DNA of 64,000 nucleotides from NCBI GenBank assembly GCA_017962125.1, contig JAGCVZ010000011.1:115764-179763 (forward strand). The letters run 5' to 3'. This DNA comes from Alphaproteobacteria bacterium (GTDB lineage: Bacteria > Pseudomonadota > Alphaproteobacteria > Rs-D84). A program made the position numbers and the translations under genes. Below the pieces are notes generated by a model. That model was not told the origin of the DNA and made no database searches. It saw only the letters and a list, made by a program, of their open reading frames with translations. Shown here piece after piece: positions 39,929-50,150 of the stretch. Within the stretch, counting starts at the first letter, position 1. Every line of letters starts with the position of its first letter.

Positions 39929-40654
39929 TTATTCAAAATCAATATCCAAATCTTTGAACCCTTCATGCCCAGCGTTAGGAATGACAACAATTTTTCCACT
40001 ATCGCCAATCCATTTTTGTGAAAGGGCATTCGGCACGACTTCATCGTCCGCGCCGACATAGTGCAACGCATGCACATTCGGCAAATTTCGTAAATCTAAT
40101 GACGTGCGCAACGGCGCATCCCCAAAATATTCTGTCCAACCCGCATGATTCAGCACCCCCGCAATCGTAATCCACTTTTTAACGGGCAACCCAGGATTCC
40201 GTTTTATGACAAGACCACTTACCATTGCCCCGCCGGAATACCCCACCAGCACAATCTGCCGCCCGTCCGCAACTTGAGTCACCGCTGCACCCATCGCATC
40301 AACTACTACTGGCGCAAACCGACCATCAGTCCAGTATTTTTTGGTGCAATTTCCTGACATAATAAACTGACACGGGCGCGCCATATAGATAACATTGGCC
40401 GCCGTATCCCGCATAGCCAAATCACGCAGCATTGTGCCACGTGGTGTTGGGTCGTCCGTCGGCGTGCCATAGGCATCAAACGCGTGACCATCGCCTTCTA
40501 TATAAATATGCACCGGGGCATGCGTGTCGGTAATTTTCTGATAGGTTGCAATATCAAACCCGCCCGCAGACACAGGAACGAAGGTAAAAACATCCGCAGA
40601 CCGCCACGCAACTGCGCAAGCACCAAGAAAAAAAGCCAAAAACACTATCCGCAT
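39929..40654 (-). CDS. Secreted alpha/beta-hydrolase-fold serine esterase
   Basis: Signal peptide from MRIVFLAFFLGACAVA; nucleophile elbow GYSGG; catalytic-type His near the C-terminus. The track start 40711 is a TTG inside the divergent promoter. Confidence 0.55.
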   Translation of the reverse strand: MRIVFLAFFLGACAVAWRSADVFTFVPVSAGGFDIATYQKITDTHAPVHIYIEGDGHAFDAYGTPTDDPTPRGTMLRDLAMRDTAANVIYMARPCQFIMSGNCTKKYWTDGRFAPVVVDAMGAAVTQVADGRQIVLVGYSGGAMVSGLVIKRNPGLPVKKWITIAGVLNHAGWTEYFGDAPLRTSLDLRNLPNVHALHYVGADDEVVPNALSQKWIGDSGKIVVIPNAGHEGFKDLDIDFE

Positions 40655-40704
40655 AACAGAATTATACACCAAAAATGAAAATTCACCAAAACCAACAAAA
40701 CTGT

Positions 40705-40733
40705 TTGACAAACGATTTTTTTAGACTATATTT
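40705..40733 (+). promoter_or_regulatory. Third consensus promoter (TTGACA-16/17-TATATT) with shared leader ACTAACTAAAAAGGCAAAAATATG
   Basis: TTGACA 40705-40710; leader nearly identical to that of 9030-9057. Confidence 0.5.
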
Positions 40734-40761
40734 ATAACAAACTAACTAAAAAGGCAAAAAT

Positions 40762-41538
40762 ATGTTTAAAAAATTAAAAATGAAACTTGCGACAAAACGT
40801 ATGCAACGCGAAAAAGATTATGCTGCTGCAAACAAACAAATTCGTAAAAACGAAACAGAATCCGAACGCGCAGTACTGTTTCCTTTTCGAATGATTGCAC
40901 GCGCTTTACGTTGGATTTTTGATACAGTTTGTGCAATTTGCTCTTGGATTTGGGACGGCATTATTGAAATCATAAGAAAAATTTGGAAGTGGCTATGCGG
41001 AATTAACTTGGTTGGGTTGATAAATTTGGCGTTACTGGTTGCAATAATAGTACTGTTTTCTATGTTGATAATTAATGTAACAAATTATCGCCGTTCACCG
41101 ATTGTTATCACAACAAATGAAAAAGAAGTAACAGTTGAAACAAAAACCGGGCAAAAAAAAGTTATCCAACCTATGCCAATTAAAAATAACGAAACAACAA
41201 CAAATGTAACACAAACCTTGGATTCCTATAATAACGTCGCCACTGCACGCGCAACAAGCGATAAAAAAATATACGGCGACATTATCATAGAATCACGTGA
41301 AGACGCCATTATCTTAAAGAATGGTGCACACGTTCGTGGCAATGTATACCTGCAACACATGTACAAATATGTATTGCCATGCGATATAAAAATCGAAGGT
41401 AATTTGTTTTTGCGCGATTTGAATATGTTACACTTTTGTGGTCGTTTCGATATTACTGGGAACATCTACGTCACACCAAATTCTTCGTTTGGTCCAATTC
41501 CACGCGATGCATATTTGGGCGGTCAGATAATTTTATAA
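40762..41538 (+). CDS. Hypothetical membrane protein (258 aa)
   Basis: Basic N-terminus MFKKLKMKLATKRM, two transmembrane helices, then a soluble Asn/Thr-rich domain. Confidence 0.55.
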   Translation: MFKKLKMKLATKRMQREKDYAAANKQIRKNETESERAVLFPFRMIARALRWIFDTVCAICSWIWDGIIEIIRKIWKWLCGINLVGLINLALLVAIIVLFSMLIINVTNYRRSPIVITTNEKEVTVETKTGQKKVIQPMPIKNNETTTNVTQTLDSYNNVATARATSDKKIYGDIIIESREDAIILKNGAHVRGNVYLQHMYKYVLPCDIKIEGNLFLRDLNMLHFCGRFDITGNIYVTPNSSFGPIPRDAYLGGQIIL

Positions 41539-41720
41539 CAAAGGATTAAAGCATGGGGCAAGATGTAAAAATAAGAAAAACAAAAACTGAAGGTTGGGCT
41601 GTTACATATCCAATCTACAGGAACTATTGTACTATCATGTATACAAAGTACTATTTAAATTTATTGCAAGCTTTATGCCTATATGTCTGGCAAAGTTATT
41701 TGTTGAAAAAACAAAAATAG

Positions 41721-41747
41721 AAAAAACGCCAATCGGCGTTTTTTTTT
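41721..41747 (+). terminator. Intrinsic terminator (aacgcc-aatc-ggcgtt + T9)
   Basis: Perfect stem followed by a T-run. Confidence 0.6.
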
Positions 41748-41766
41748 ACTATCAAAAAAATCAAAA

Positions 41767-41777
41767 ATGTGATATAA
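41767..41777 (+). promoter_or_regulatory. Extended -10 promoter element TGTGATATAAT
   Basis: TGn-TATAAT about 30 nt upstream of the 41808 start. Confidence 0.4.
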
Positions 41778-41807
41778 TAGGCATGTGCACAACAAAAGGA
41801 AATAAAT

Positions 41808-42020
41808 ATGAAAACACTTGAAAAGATTTTATCTACATTAGTAAAAAATCTGGGCTATACGATTGTATTGGTCTTGGCGATTGTATTGTTCGCGATATTT
41901 TCCGATGGGTTAATAAGCGGCATTATCACCGCATTGTCGGCACTTATTGCCTATGCTTGCATCAGGGCTCTTTACAGTGAATTTAAAAAATCGCCGGCAA
42001 AATCGACTAAAAAGAAATAA
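41808..42020 (+). CDS. Small membrane protein (70 aa)
   Basis: AAAGGAAATAAATATG ribosome-binding site; two hydrophobic helices; Lys-rich tail. Confidence 0.45.
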   Translation: MKTLEKILSTLVKNLGYTIVLVLAIVLFAIFSDGLISGIITALSALIAYACIRALYSEFKKSPAKSTKKK

Positions 42021-42035
42021 TTAAATATAGTAAAA

Positions 42036-42066
42036 AAAATGGGCGCACACTTGCGCCCATTTTTAA
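42036..42066. terminator. Bidirectional terminator (atgggcgc-acactt-gcgcccat flanked by A8 and T5)
   Basis: Sits between convergent genes. Confidence 0.75.
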
Positions 42067-42072
42067 ACCTAT

Positions 42073-43524
42073 TTATTTTTCATTTGCTTTCTTGTCATCT
42101 GTACTTTCTGACTTTGGTTCCGCCGCAGTCTTGGCATGTTCCGCCATTTTTGAAAGTGCGATTACCATTTCCATACCGCGTTGCAACTGATAATCTTTTG
42201 CATCTTTCTCTTCATCAGTCAATTCACGATCTTCATCTTCTTCATCTTTATTCTTACTATCCTCGGATTTTTTCTTGGCTTTTTTTTCAGCCTCTTCATT
42301 TTTTAGTGCGTTACGGAACGATGCCTCGGAATAAGAACTTTCACGTTTTTCAATTTTTTCAACTTTACTCTGCAAAACTTCCACATCTGGGGTAATTCCA
42401 GTATTTTGAATAGACCGACCACTTGGGGTATAATACCGCGCAATCGTCACATGAATCGCCGTTCCATCACCAAGGGGCTTTTGCTGTTGCACGCTGCCTT
42501 TACCGAAACTTTGCGACCCCATAATGACACCACGCCCATTGTCTTGAATTGCGCCCGCCACAATTTCTGATGCCGATGCCGAACCATGATTGATAAGAAC
42601 TACCAAAGGCTTACCTTTTGTCATATCACCCGGTTTCGCCATACTGCGGTCAATGTCCGTCTTGTTTTTTCCACGTGTTGAAACAATTTCGCCACCATCC
42701 AAAAACGCATCAGACACATCAATCGCCGCGGTCAAATACCCCCCAGGATTATTACGCACATCCAAAACATAGCCGGCAACATTTGCCTTTTCAAGTTTTG
42801 TTATCGCATCACGCAAATCCTTGGCGGTCGTCGCACCGAAATCAGAAATACGAATATAACCAACCTTTGGTGTATCTTCTTCGGCATCTGCCAACGTTTT
42901 TTCACTAAACTTTACCGATTGTACTTTGATAATCGCACGCTTTAACGTCAACGTTTTCGGCTCCGCATTACCGGATAACACTGTCAACTTTACCTTGGTT
43001 CCTGGTTTACCTTTCATTTTCTTGACCGCCTGATTCAGAGTTAAATCAAACACCGGTTCATCATCGATATGGGTAATATAATCGCCGGCCTTTATCCCCG
43101 CCTTTTGCGCCGGCGTATCATCAATCGGCGAAATCACGCGCACCGCCCCACGATCCGAAGTAATTTGTATTCCCAATCCCCCAAAAGAACCACTAGATTT
43201 ATCATTAAAATCTTTAAAATCATCTTTGGATAGATACGAAGAATGAGGATCTAATGCTTCCAGCATGCCATTCATCGCACCCTCTAACATTTTACGCTCA
43301 TCTGCTTCCTCTACAAAATTTTCACGTGAAACCTCAAACACCATAGCAAGTTTTTTCAGTTCCTGATAAATTTCTTCATCTGTCATATGAACAATTGGTT
43401 CTTTCTTTTTTTCTGGCGCAGCCGAAACCAAAGTCGGCACACACAAAGCAATTAAAATAAAAATCTTTTTAAGCATGAAAAATCCTTTTGCGCAAAGTTT
43501 ATAATAAAAAAATCGTATCCGCAA
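42073..43524 (-). CDS. ctpA: Carboxy-terminal processing protease (S41 tail-specific protease)
   Basis: Signal peptide, PDZ domain, S41 catalytic region (GSASASEI...), acidic/Lys-rich C-tail. Confidence 0.9.
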   Translation of the reverse strand: MRIRFFYYKLCAKGFFMLKKIFILIALCVPTLVSAAPEKKKEPIVHMTDEEIYQELKKLAMVFEVSRENFVEEADERKMLEGAMNGMLEALDPHSSYLSKDDFKDFNDKSSGSFGGLGIQITSDRGAVRVISPIDDTPAQKAGIKAGDYITHIDDEPVFDLTLNQAVKKMKGKPGTKVKLTVLSGNAEPKTLTLKRAIIKVQSVKFSEKTLADAEEDTPKVGYIRISDFGATTAKDLRDAITKLEKANVAGYVLDVRNNPGGYLTAAIDVSDAFLDGGEIVSTRGKNKTDIDRSMAKPGDMTKGKPLVVLINHGSASASEIVAGAIQDNGRGVIMGSQSFGKGSVQQQKPLGDGTAIHVTIARYYTPSGRSIQNTGITPDVEVLQSKVEKIEKRESSYSEASFRNALKNEEAEKKAKKKSEDSKNKDEEDEDRELTDEEKDAKDYQLQRGMEMVIALSKMAEHAKTAAEPKSESTDDKKANEK

Positions 43525-43541
43525 CCCGATTTTGAATTTAA

Positions 43542-44618
43542 TTATTCTTCTTTGAATATACGCATCGGGTCAACGACTTTGTTGCCGCGCCGCACTTCCA
43601 AATACATTTCGGGTTTATCCGGATTCATCCGCCCCACTGGTTCACCACCTAAAACTTCCTGGCCTACAACAACATCTATATTTCCAAGGTTTGTCATAAC
43701 CGTATTATAACCATTTTTATGTGAAATAATTACAACACGCCCAAAGCCCTTGAAACTGTCCGCAAATTTGACAACCCCATCGGCGGGCGCGGCAACCAGC
43801 GCATCCGAGCGCGTGCGAATTCGCCAACCATCAGACTTTAACCCCAACGCCGTCTTTTCGCCGAAACGCACCACAACGCGTCCACGAACGGGCTGATTTA
43901 ACTTTCGGATTGAAAAACGCGCATCTGCGGACATTTCTGAACTCCCTACGCCGGCGGACAATTCAGAAATACTTTTTGCGCGCGCCGACAATTCGCGCAA
44001 TTTCTTTTGCAACGCCGCTTGTTCGCCACGCAATTTTTCATTTTGTGCCGAACGCCGCCGCAACAATTTATCCAACAAATTTTTTTCATCAGTATATTTT
44101 TTTGCAGTTCGATCAAGTTTTTCTTTTTCGATAGCACGTTCCTCACGAATTTTATCTAATTCTTCTATCTTTTTCGCCGCATCGCGAATATGTTCTTCCA
44201 AATTATCCGCCATGCCGGTCATCACCGCAGATGTCAGGACAAAATTATGCATATCTTCTGTATCAAAACTTGGGTTTGCAGCAAAGAACAAAACCGTCGC
44301 AGCGGCATCCGCGACCCGTTCACGATTCTTTTCTAAATCCGCCGAAATAACACCGCGCCGTTCATCCAATTCTGCAATTTTTTTTGAAAGGTCTACGCGC
44401 AACTCTTCCAACGAAGAAACTTTGCCCGCAGCGGTCACAAGTTGCTTTTTGGTTTTTTCTACATCACGATCAGACGTTTTAACCTGTTGTTCAAGTTGCT
44501 TGTTTTTCTGTTCTGTTTGGCGAATTTGCTGTTGAATTTTATCAAGTTCAGACGGAGCGGCACACACGAAATTTGTCCCCCCCAAGAAAACCGCCAAAAT
44601 CGCAGCCACGCGTAACAT
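43542..44618 (-). CDS. EnvC-like murein hydrolase activator (coiled coil plus M23/LytM domain)
   Basis: Signal peptide, long coiled coil, C-terminal M23 fold (RGRVVVRFGE...GYNTVMTNLG). Confidence 0.8.
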   Translation of the reverse strand: MLRVAAILAVFLGGTNFVCAAPSELDKIQQQIRQTEQKNKQLEQQVKTSDRDVEKTKKQLVTAAGKVSSLEELRVDLSKKIAELDERRGVISADLEKNRERVADAAATVLFFAANPSFDTEDMHNFVLTSAVMTGMADNLEEHIRDAAKKIEELDKIREERAIEKEKLDRTAKKYTDEKNLLDKLLRRRSAQNEKLRGEQAALQKKLRELSARAKSISELSAGVGSSEMSADARFSIRKLNQPVRGRVVVRFGEKTALGLKSDGWRIRTRSDALVAAPADGVVKFADSFKGFGRVVIISHKNGYNTVMTNLGNIDVVVGQEVLGGEPVGRMNPDKPEMYLEVRRGNKVVDPMRIFKEE

Positions 44619-45833
44619 TTATTTTACAATCACCTTTAAATGTGTTTTCTTGCCACGTTGCACCATGAATTCCGGTTTTTTTGCGATGACCACGCGCCAG
44701 TCGGTAAGTTTTTCGCCATCAATCTGAACGCCACCCTGCTCTATCATTCTGCGCGCATCGGACTTGGTATCGAACAGTCCCACTGCGCACAGGAAATCGA
44801 GAGCCCCCATCTGTTCCGGCATTTCAATCTCGACGCTCGGCACATTTTGCATATCGCCACCGCCACCAAACAATGCCGCCGCCGTATCAACCGCTTGTTG
44901 TGCCAATTCTTCACCATGTATCAATTTGGTAATTTCAAAGGCCATTCGTTTTTTGGCGGAAATTATATCAGATTTGCACATTTCCTTAATCTCATCCATT
45001 GGTATATCTGTAAACAATGCCAGCAACATTTCCGTGTTTTCATCACCAGTATTGTAAAAATATTGATAAAAATCGAAAGGTGTTGTTTTATCGCGCGCCA
45101 CCCACAATGTTCCCTTTTCCGTTTTTCCCATCTTTTTACCATCGGCAGTCATTAGTAAAGGCGAAGTTAGTCCATAAATTTCCGATTTTTCATTTCCATT
45201 TTCAATATTCATTTTTCTAAACAATTCTGTACCGGCAACAATATTTCCCCATTGGTCACTGCCCCCTATTTCAAGGATACAACCCTTGGTATTATGTAAA
45301 TGTACAAAATCATACGCCTGCATCGGCATATACCCCATTTCAAGGAAAGTAAGGCCACCATTTTCACGACGACGTGCATACGCCTCACTTGCCAACATTA
45401 CACTGACGTTAAAATGTACACATGCCGTACGCATAAAATCAACATAAGTAAATTTATCCATCCAATCCGCGTTATTTACAATCTCGGTTTCGGGTAAAAC
45501 GAAACGTCTTGCCAAAGTTTTAACCTCATTAAGGTTATGTTCAACCTGTTCCCGCGTAAGCATTTTACGCATATCAGATTTTCCGGTCGGATCACCAACC
45601 ATACTTGTTGCACCACCAATCAATAAAATTCCCCGATGTCCGGCGTTTTGCAAATGCCTAAACATACGCAAGGCAAAGAAATGCCCAATATGCAAACTAT
45701 CTGCCGTTGGGTCAATTCCCAAATAAAAAGCAATTTTTTTATCACCGTTTAATAATTCTTTAATCTGCTCTGGGTGCGTCATATCTTTGACGAACCCACG
45801 TTCATTTAACATATCAAATAATTTCTGAGCCAT
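44619..45833 (-). CDS. tyrS: Tyrosyl-tRNA synthetase
   Basis: HIGH motif (LHIGH), KMGKT (KMSKS variant), C-terminal S4 domain; start MAQKLFDMLNERGFV with AGAGAGG ribosome-binding site. The track start 45881 is less likely. Confidence 0.9.
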   Translation of the reverse strand: MAQKLFDMLNERGFVKDMTHPEQIKELLNGDKKIAFYLGIDPTADSLHIGHFFALRMFRHLQNAGHRGILLIGGATSMVGDPTGKSDMRKMLTREQVEHNLNEVKTLARRFVLPETEIVNNADWMDKFTYVDFMRTACVHFNVSVMLASEAYARRRENGGLTFLEMGYMPMQAYDFVHLHNTKGCILEIGGSDQWGNIVAGTELFRKMNIENGNEKSEIYGLTSPLLMTADGKKMGKTEKGTLWVARDKTTPFDFYQYFYNTGDENTEMLLALFTDIPMDEIKEMCKSDIISAKKRMAFEITKLIHGEELAQQAVDTAAALFGGGGDMQNVPSVEIEMPEQMGALDFLCAVGLFDTKSDARRMIEQGGVQIDGEKLTDWRVVIAKKPEFMVQRGKKTHLKVIVK

Positions 45834-45959
45834 TTCTTTTACCTCTCTGTTTTCCCCATATTCTAACCGACCCCCCGACAAAATTCAACCAAACTTTTTC
45901 GTAAAAACAATTTGACAAAATGTTTATACATGCAATAATTTTTGCGAAAGAGGTAAGAC

Positions 45960-46619
45960 ATGAAAAATGCACATGATTTATTGATAGAATTGTATGCACT
46001 TAAACTAGCAAAAAACGATTTATTATGGGCTGTACGCACAATGTCGCGCACAACCGATAATTATAGCAAAATAAATATTGATTATTCAGACATAGATTCC
46101 TTTAAACAAACAGCGACATCTTTCATAACCCCCGTTTTTCTAGGTTTGAATAACCCAAAGCACAAACTCAACGATCGTTATCAACTACAACTTCTTAAAA
46201 CGTTACAAAACGCAAGGGCAACGAACATTATAGATAAAAGCAACAACATATTGGACACCAAACAATTCACAAACAATGTTCTGAAAAAGTGTGTATTGCC
46301 CGCATACATTGCTTGTATGAACAACACTTCTGAACTTGATACTAATTGGCTTTTTTATTCTTTAACTGGTGTAAATTTTGCACGTATAATCCAAGAACAA
46401 ACAAAATCTGTTTTTGACTGCAAAGCTTACGCGCACTATGATCCCGCGTATAAAAACGGTGTTGTATACAATCCCCATATTTTACATAACGCAATCCAAA
46501 AATGTGGTTATTCTGGTTTTGCAACAATGAACGAAATCGAAGCCGCCGTTGGCACAGATGGCATGGATTTATTCAGAACAATGGTACCACGCATGTTCGA
46601 ACGTGTAAAAAAATCATAA
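45960..46619 (+). CDS. Hypothetical protein (219 aa)
   Basis: AAGAGGTAAGACATG ribosome-binding site; no recognisable motif. Confidence 0.45.
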   Translation: MKNAHDLLIELYALKLAKNDLLWAVRTMSRTTDNYSKINIDYSDIDSFKQTATSFITPVFLGLNNPKHKLNDRYQLQLLKTLQNARATNIIDKSNNILDTKQFTNNVLKKCVLPAYIACMNNTSELDTNWLFYSLTGVNFARIIQEQTKSVFDCKAYAHYDPAYKNGVVYNPHILHNAIQKCGYSGFATMNEIEAAVGTDGMDLFRTMVPRMFERVKKS

Positions 46620-46640
46620 TATTATAAAATAATTCGCAAC

Positions 46641-46668
46641 AAAAAAACGGGCGCGATTGCGCCCGTTT
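46641..46668 (-). terminator. Intrinsic terminator (acgggcgc-gatt-gcgcccgt + T7 on minus strand)
   Basis: Follows the tsf stop; preceded on the mRNA by the GGTTAGTGTAAGTAGATAGTG motif. Confidence 0.75.
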
Positions 46669-46696
46669 CACTATCTACTTACACTAACCACCGGCA

Positions 46697-47566
46697 CTAT
46701 TTCAACATCTTTGCGACTTCGTCCGCCAGGTTGTCTTCGCGTTTTTCGATTCCTTCGCCAAGGACGAAGTATGAAAAGCCCGCAAGTTTACCACCGGCTT
46801 CGTCCAACACTTGTTTTACGGTCTTGGACGGTTCCATAACAAACGGCTGTTCTTCCAAAACGGATTCGGCATAGTATTTTTTCATACGGCCTTCAACCAT
46901 CTTTTCAACGATATTTTCCGGTTTGCCCGCCGTCGCGCCAGATTCGATAAACACTTTCTTTTCGCGTTCAACCGCCGCCGGGTCAACATCGGCAACTGTC
47001 ATAAATTCCGGTTTATTCGCAGCAATATGCATCGCAATTTTCGGACCGATTTCGGCAATTTTATCGCTGTCACCGTTTATCGCAACCGCAACACCAATTT
47101 GCCCCATACCCGGAACAAGTGCATTGTGAATATAACTAAATATATGGTCACCAGAAACCTTTGCAATACGACGCAGGTTCATATTTTCGCCAATCGTCGC
47201 GATTGTCGCCGCGATATCATCATGCACCGCGTTCAGTGTTGCATCAAAATCGCCCGACAATTCCAAGGCTTTGTTTGCAACATCCGCAACCAACTTTTGG
47301 AACTTTTCATTTTTCGCAACAAAGTCAGTTTCCGCATTCAATTCGACGACACAACCCATATTGTCGCACTTTACAACGGTCACCAACCCCGAAGCCGCCA
47401 CACGACCGGCCTTGGATGCCGCCTTGACAATACCCTTTTGACGCAGCCAATCTGCCGCCGCATCAATATCGCCATTATTTTCAATCAACGCCTTTTTGCA
47501 ATCAAGCATACCAGCAGACGTTTTTTCACGTAATTGCTGAATAAGTTTCGCTGTAACTTCCGCCAT
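46697..47566 (-). CDS. tsf: Elongation factor Ts
   Basis: UBA-like N-domain (LREKTSAGMLDCKKAL) and EF-Ts dimerisation core. Confidence 0.95.
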   Translation of the reverse strand: MAEVTAKLIQQLREKTSAGMLDCKKALIENNGDIDAAADWLRQKGIVKAASKAGRVAASGLVTVVKCDNMGCVVELNAETDFVAKNEKFQKLVADVANKALELSGDFDATLNAVHDDIAATIATIGENMNLRRIAKVSGDHIFSYIHNALVPGMGQIGVAVAINGDSDKIAEIGPKIAMHIAANKPEFMTVADVDPAAVEREKKVFIESGATAGKPENIVEKMVEGRMKKYYAESVLEEQPFVMEPSKTVKQVLDEAGGKLAGFSYFVLGEGIEKREDNLADEVAKMLK

Positions 47567-47635
47567 TTTTACCTCCCTTTTTTCAAAGATTGATTTTGTT
47601 CCCTGGGCTAAATGCCAGGGAACAATTTATTTAAA

Positions 47636-48496
47636 TTATTTATCGGCCTTTTCGGCTTTGTCCGCCAATTTGCTGCGACGAACTTCGCGCGCTTCGGATG
47701 TTTTGGATTTTTGTTTCATTTCTTTGGCTTTCATTTCATCTTCCAACGCATCGTTCGCATCGTCGGCCATGGATGCCTCCACCTTTTTACCAGCAGCACC
47801 GCCAAGGCGCTTTTCAATACCAGACAAAATCGCGTCCACGCACAAATCACAATACAGTTGAATCGCGCGCGTAGCATCATCATTTCCCGGCACCGGATAG
47901 TCAACTATTTCCGGATTTGCGTTCGTATCGCAGATTGCGATTGTAGGAATATCAAGATTTTTTGCTTCACGTACCGCATTCATTTCACGTGGCACATCAA
48001 TAACAATCATAACCTGAGGCACACCGTGCATATCCAAAATACCACCAAACACATTGCGCAGTTTTGTAACTTCCTTGGTCATAACACCGACTTCTTTCTT
48101 GGTCAGACCTAATTTATCAGCGTTTTCAATATCCGATTCCATCTTTTTCAAACGACGAATTGATTGCGACACAGTTGTCCAATTAGTCAGCATACCGCCC
48201 AACCAACGATTATTTACATAGAATTGACCAGTGCGTTCCGCGGCATCTTTGACAATATCTTTGGCTTGGTGCTTGGTTGCAACGAACAAAACCTTACCCC
48301 CAGCGGCGGTAATCGCCTCCAACGCCACCAATGCACGATGCAACAGCGGTGCAGTTTTATTCAAATTGATAATATGAATTTTATCTTTGACCCCATAAAC
48401 ATACGGTGTCATAAGTGGATTCCAACGACGGGTGTGGTGTCCAAAGTGAACGCCGGCTTCCATCAATTGTTGCATAGAAAATTTTGGCAATGCCAT
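47636..48496 (-). CDS. rpsB: 30S ribosomal protein S2
   Basis: Canonical S2 (VHFGHHTRRWNP) with Lys/Ala/Asp-rich C-tail; rpsB-tsf operon order. Confidence 0.95.
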   Translation of the reverse strand: MALPKFSMQQLMEAGVHFGHHTRRWNPLMTPYVYGVKDKIHIINLNKTAPLLHRALVALEAITAAGGKVLFVATKHQAKDIVKDAAERTGQFYVNNRWLGGMLTNWTTVSQSIRRLKKMESDIENADKLGLTKKEVGVMTKEVTKLRNVFGGILDMHGVPQVMIVIDVPREMNAVREAKNLDIPTIAICDTNANPEIVDYPVPGNDDATRAIQLYCDLCVDAILSGIEKRLGGAAGKKVEASMADDANDALEDEMKAKEMKQKSKTSEAREVRRSKLADKAEKADK

Positions 48497-48655
48497 GATT
48501 TATCCTTTTGTTTCTGTTAATTCCTCGCCTTGGTGGGAAATACAAACCGGAAAGCCCGGACAGAAACCCCACACATGGCTGTGTTCTTCGCACCAAACGG
48601 CACGTGCCCGCATGATATGACAAAAAAATCAAAAAAGCAAGTATTTTTTATCCCG

Positions 48656-49771
48656 CTACTGATTCTGGGGTAAGTAAACATTATTGCCTACTTCTGGCCC
48701 GGCAATAAATGTTCCCGTGCCGGTTTTATTAAAAAATTGATTTGATACCGTGTCGTACATGCCAATCTCTCTATCAGAATTACGGCGTGCCGGCACAAGA
48801 TTCATTATAACCGCATTATTCCGTGTAATTTTAAAACCACTGCTTTGGACAATCGATGTTCCGGTTACCGCACATCGGCCAAATAGACACAGCTTTGTAC
48901 TGCCGGGGCTCGTATTAAGAACAGGAGATAAAATCTTCACGCCATTCACAATCAATGCTTGCTTTTTTAGTATCAATACTCCTTCGTATTGTGTTGCATC
49001 ACTCTGAGTAGTCAATGAACTTGAAGAAAGGAATCTTGCGTACCAGCTGTTCGTGGTGCTATAGGTTTCCGCCCATGTATTGGAACCATAAAGCAACATC
49101 TTGTCGCCGGCCTTGGAAATATTCGCCGGCAACATTTTATAATGTAATTCAAACACGTCATCTTGGTCGATATTATGTTGAGTGTCTAATATAACATTAC
49201 CATCGGTTTCAATGTATTCAAGTTGCGTATATTCTGGTGGCAATTGGTTGGCAACGCTTATCGTCCATAACCAACAATTACCGGTTGCGGAGTCATTACT
49301 GGCACAGATAAATTCATTATCAAGCCCGTTCTGTAATGCCGCATTAAATGTTCCGGCATCAACAAGGTTATTTTGTTGTGTGGCATATGTGCCACTGTCT
49401 TGATAAATACCTTTTTCGCCCAATTCACCCAGCGCAGATGTGTATGTTGCAACATAATCCGCATGTTTGTTCGCACCAAGTGTATCTTGGGTGGCATTTA
49501 AGCCATCGTTCACCGCACTAACCGTTGGTAATGCGGTGTCGTTTGTGTTATTACCTAAATCTGATTTTACTTCGCGTGGCGCGATTCCCCCGGCGGTATT
49601 GGTAAAAGTTGCAACTTGGGTTCCTGATTGCGCACCGAATATATCTTGTTTTTCGGAAAGTTCATCATTTACATACGTTAGTGATGTTACTGTTTGCCTG
49701 TCGGCAATATCATCGGCGAATGCGAAACCAATAAATGCTGCGAACAACCCGAACATCATGAACTTTCTCAT
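48656..49771 (-). CDS. Secreted fibrous or adhesin-like hypothetical protein (371 aa)
   Basis: Signal peptide; Thr/Asn/Gly/Ala-rich; shares short motifs (xVxxVNDGL / AVYDY type) with the 58374 and 60016 proteins. Confidence 0.55.
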   Translation of the reverse strand: MRKFMMFGLFAAFIGFAFADDIADRQTVTSLTYVNDELSEKQDIFGAQSGTQVATFTNTAGGIAPREVKSDLGNNTNDTALPTVSAVNDGLNATQDTLGANKHADYVATYTSALGELGEKGIYQDSGTYATQQNNLVDAGTFNAALQNGLDNEFICASNDSATGNCWLWTISVANQLPPEYTQLEYIETDGNVILDTQHNIDQDDVFELHYKMLPANISKAGDKMLLYGSNTWAETYSTTNSWYARFLSSSSLTTQSDATQYEGVLILKKQALIVNGVKILSPVLNTSPGSTKLCLFGRCAVTGTSIVQSSGFKITRNNAVIMNLVPARRNSDREIGMYDTVSNQFFNKTGTGTFIAGPEVGNNVYLPQNQ

Positions 49772-50150
49772 GTTCCTCTCCCTTGTGTTACACTAACCAC
49801 TAAATAAAAACACCACCGAAAAACTTCTAGTGGTTGGAGGTTAACGACAATTTGACGAAATTGTGTGTTTATTTTGATGGGCCTTTTACGCCCGCCATTA
49901 TTCACATCCCCCTCACCCTCTTTTGGGTTGGAGCCTTGCCAAAAACATATTTGGCTTCGTCAAAGAGGTCGTTACACCCCATCGGCGGAACACCCACCGA
50001 TAAAAACAGTCTACTAAAATACAGAAATAAAAAACAAGGAAAAAAATAATCGACCATTAACAGTTTGTTATAAATTTTCTAAATAAAAAACTTGTGTTTT
50101 GATATTTATATTCTAATATAAGAACAAACTTAGGATTGGGGAAAACATCA

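Noticed and set aside
41594-41821. 75-aa plus-strand ORF upstream of the small membrane protein gene
   Set aside because: It spans an intrinsic terminator hairpin and the TGTGATATAAT promoter, with no ribosome-binding site; it is likely non-coding.
46811-47533. 240-aa ORF antisense to tsf and 166-aa ORF (47612..48112+) antisense to rpsB
   Set aside because: Both are antisense to highly conserved translation genes, with an implausible Arg/Phe/His-rich composition.
48497-48655. rpsB 5' leader as an S2-autoregulatory pseudoknot, and the rpsB-tsf intergenic hairpin 47600-47625 as an attenuator
   Set aside because: A hairpin (tccctgg-N8-ccaggga) does exist between rpsB and tsf, but I cannot verify the enterobacterial-type leader structure by eye; it is left unannotated.
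49834-50049. 71-aa ORF in the divergent intergenic region upstream of the A2M gene (locally GC-rich)
   Set aside because: It has no ribosome-binding site and an odd composition, so it is more likely promoter or regulatory DNA for the divergent genes. A small ncRNA cannot be excluded but no convincing structure was seen.
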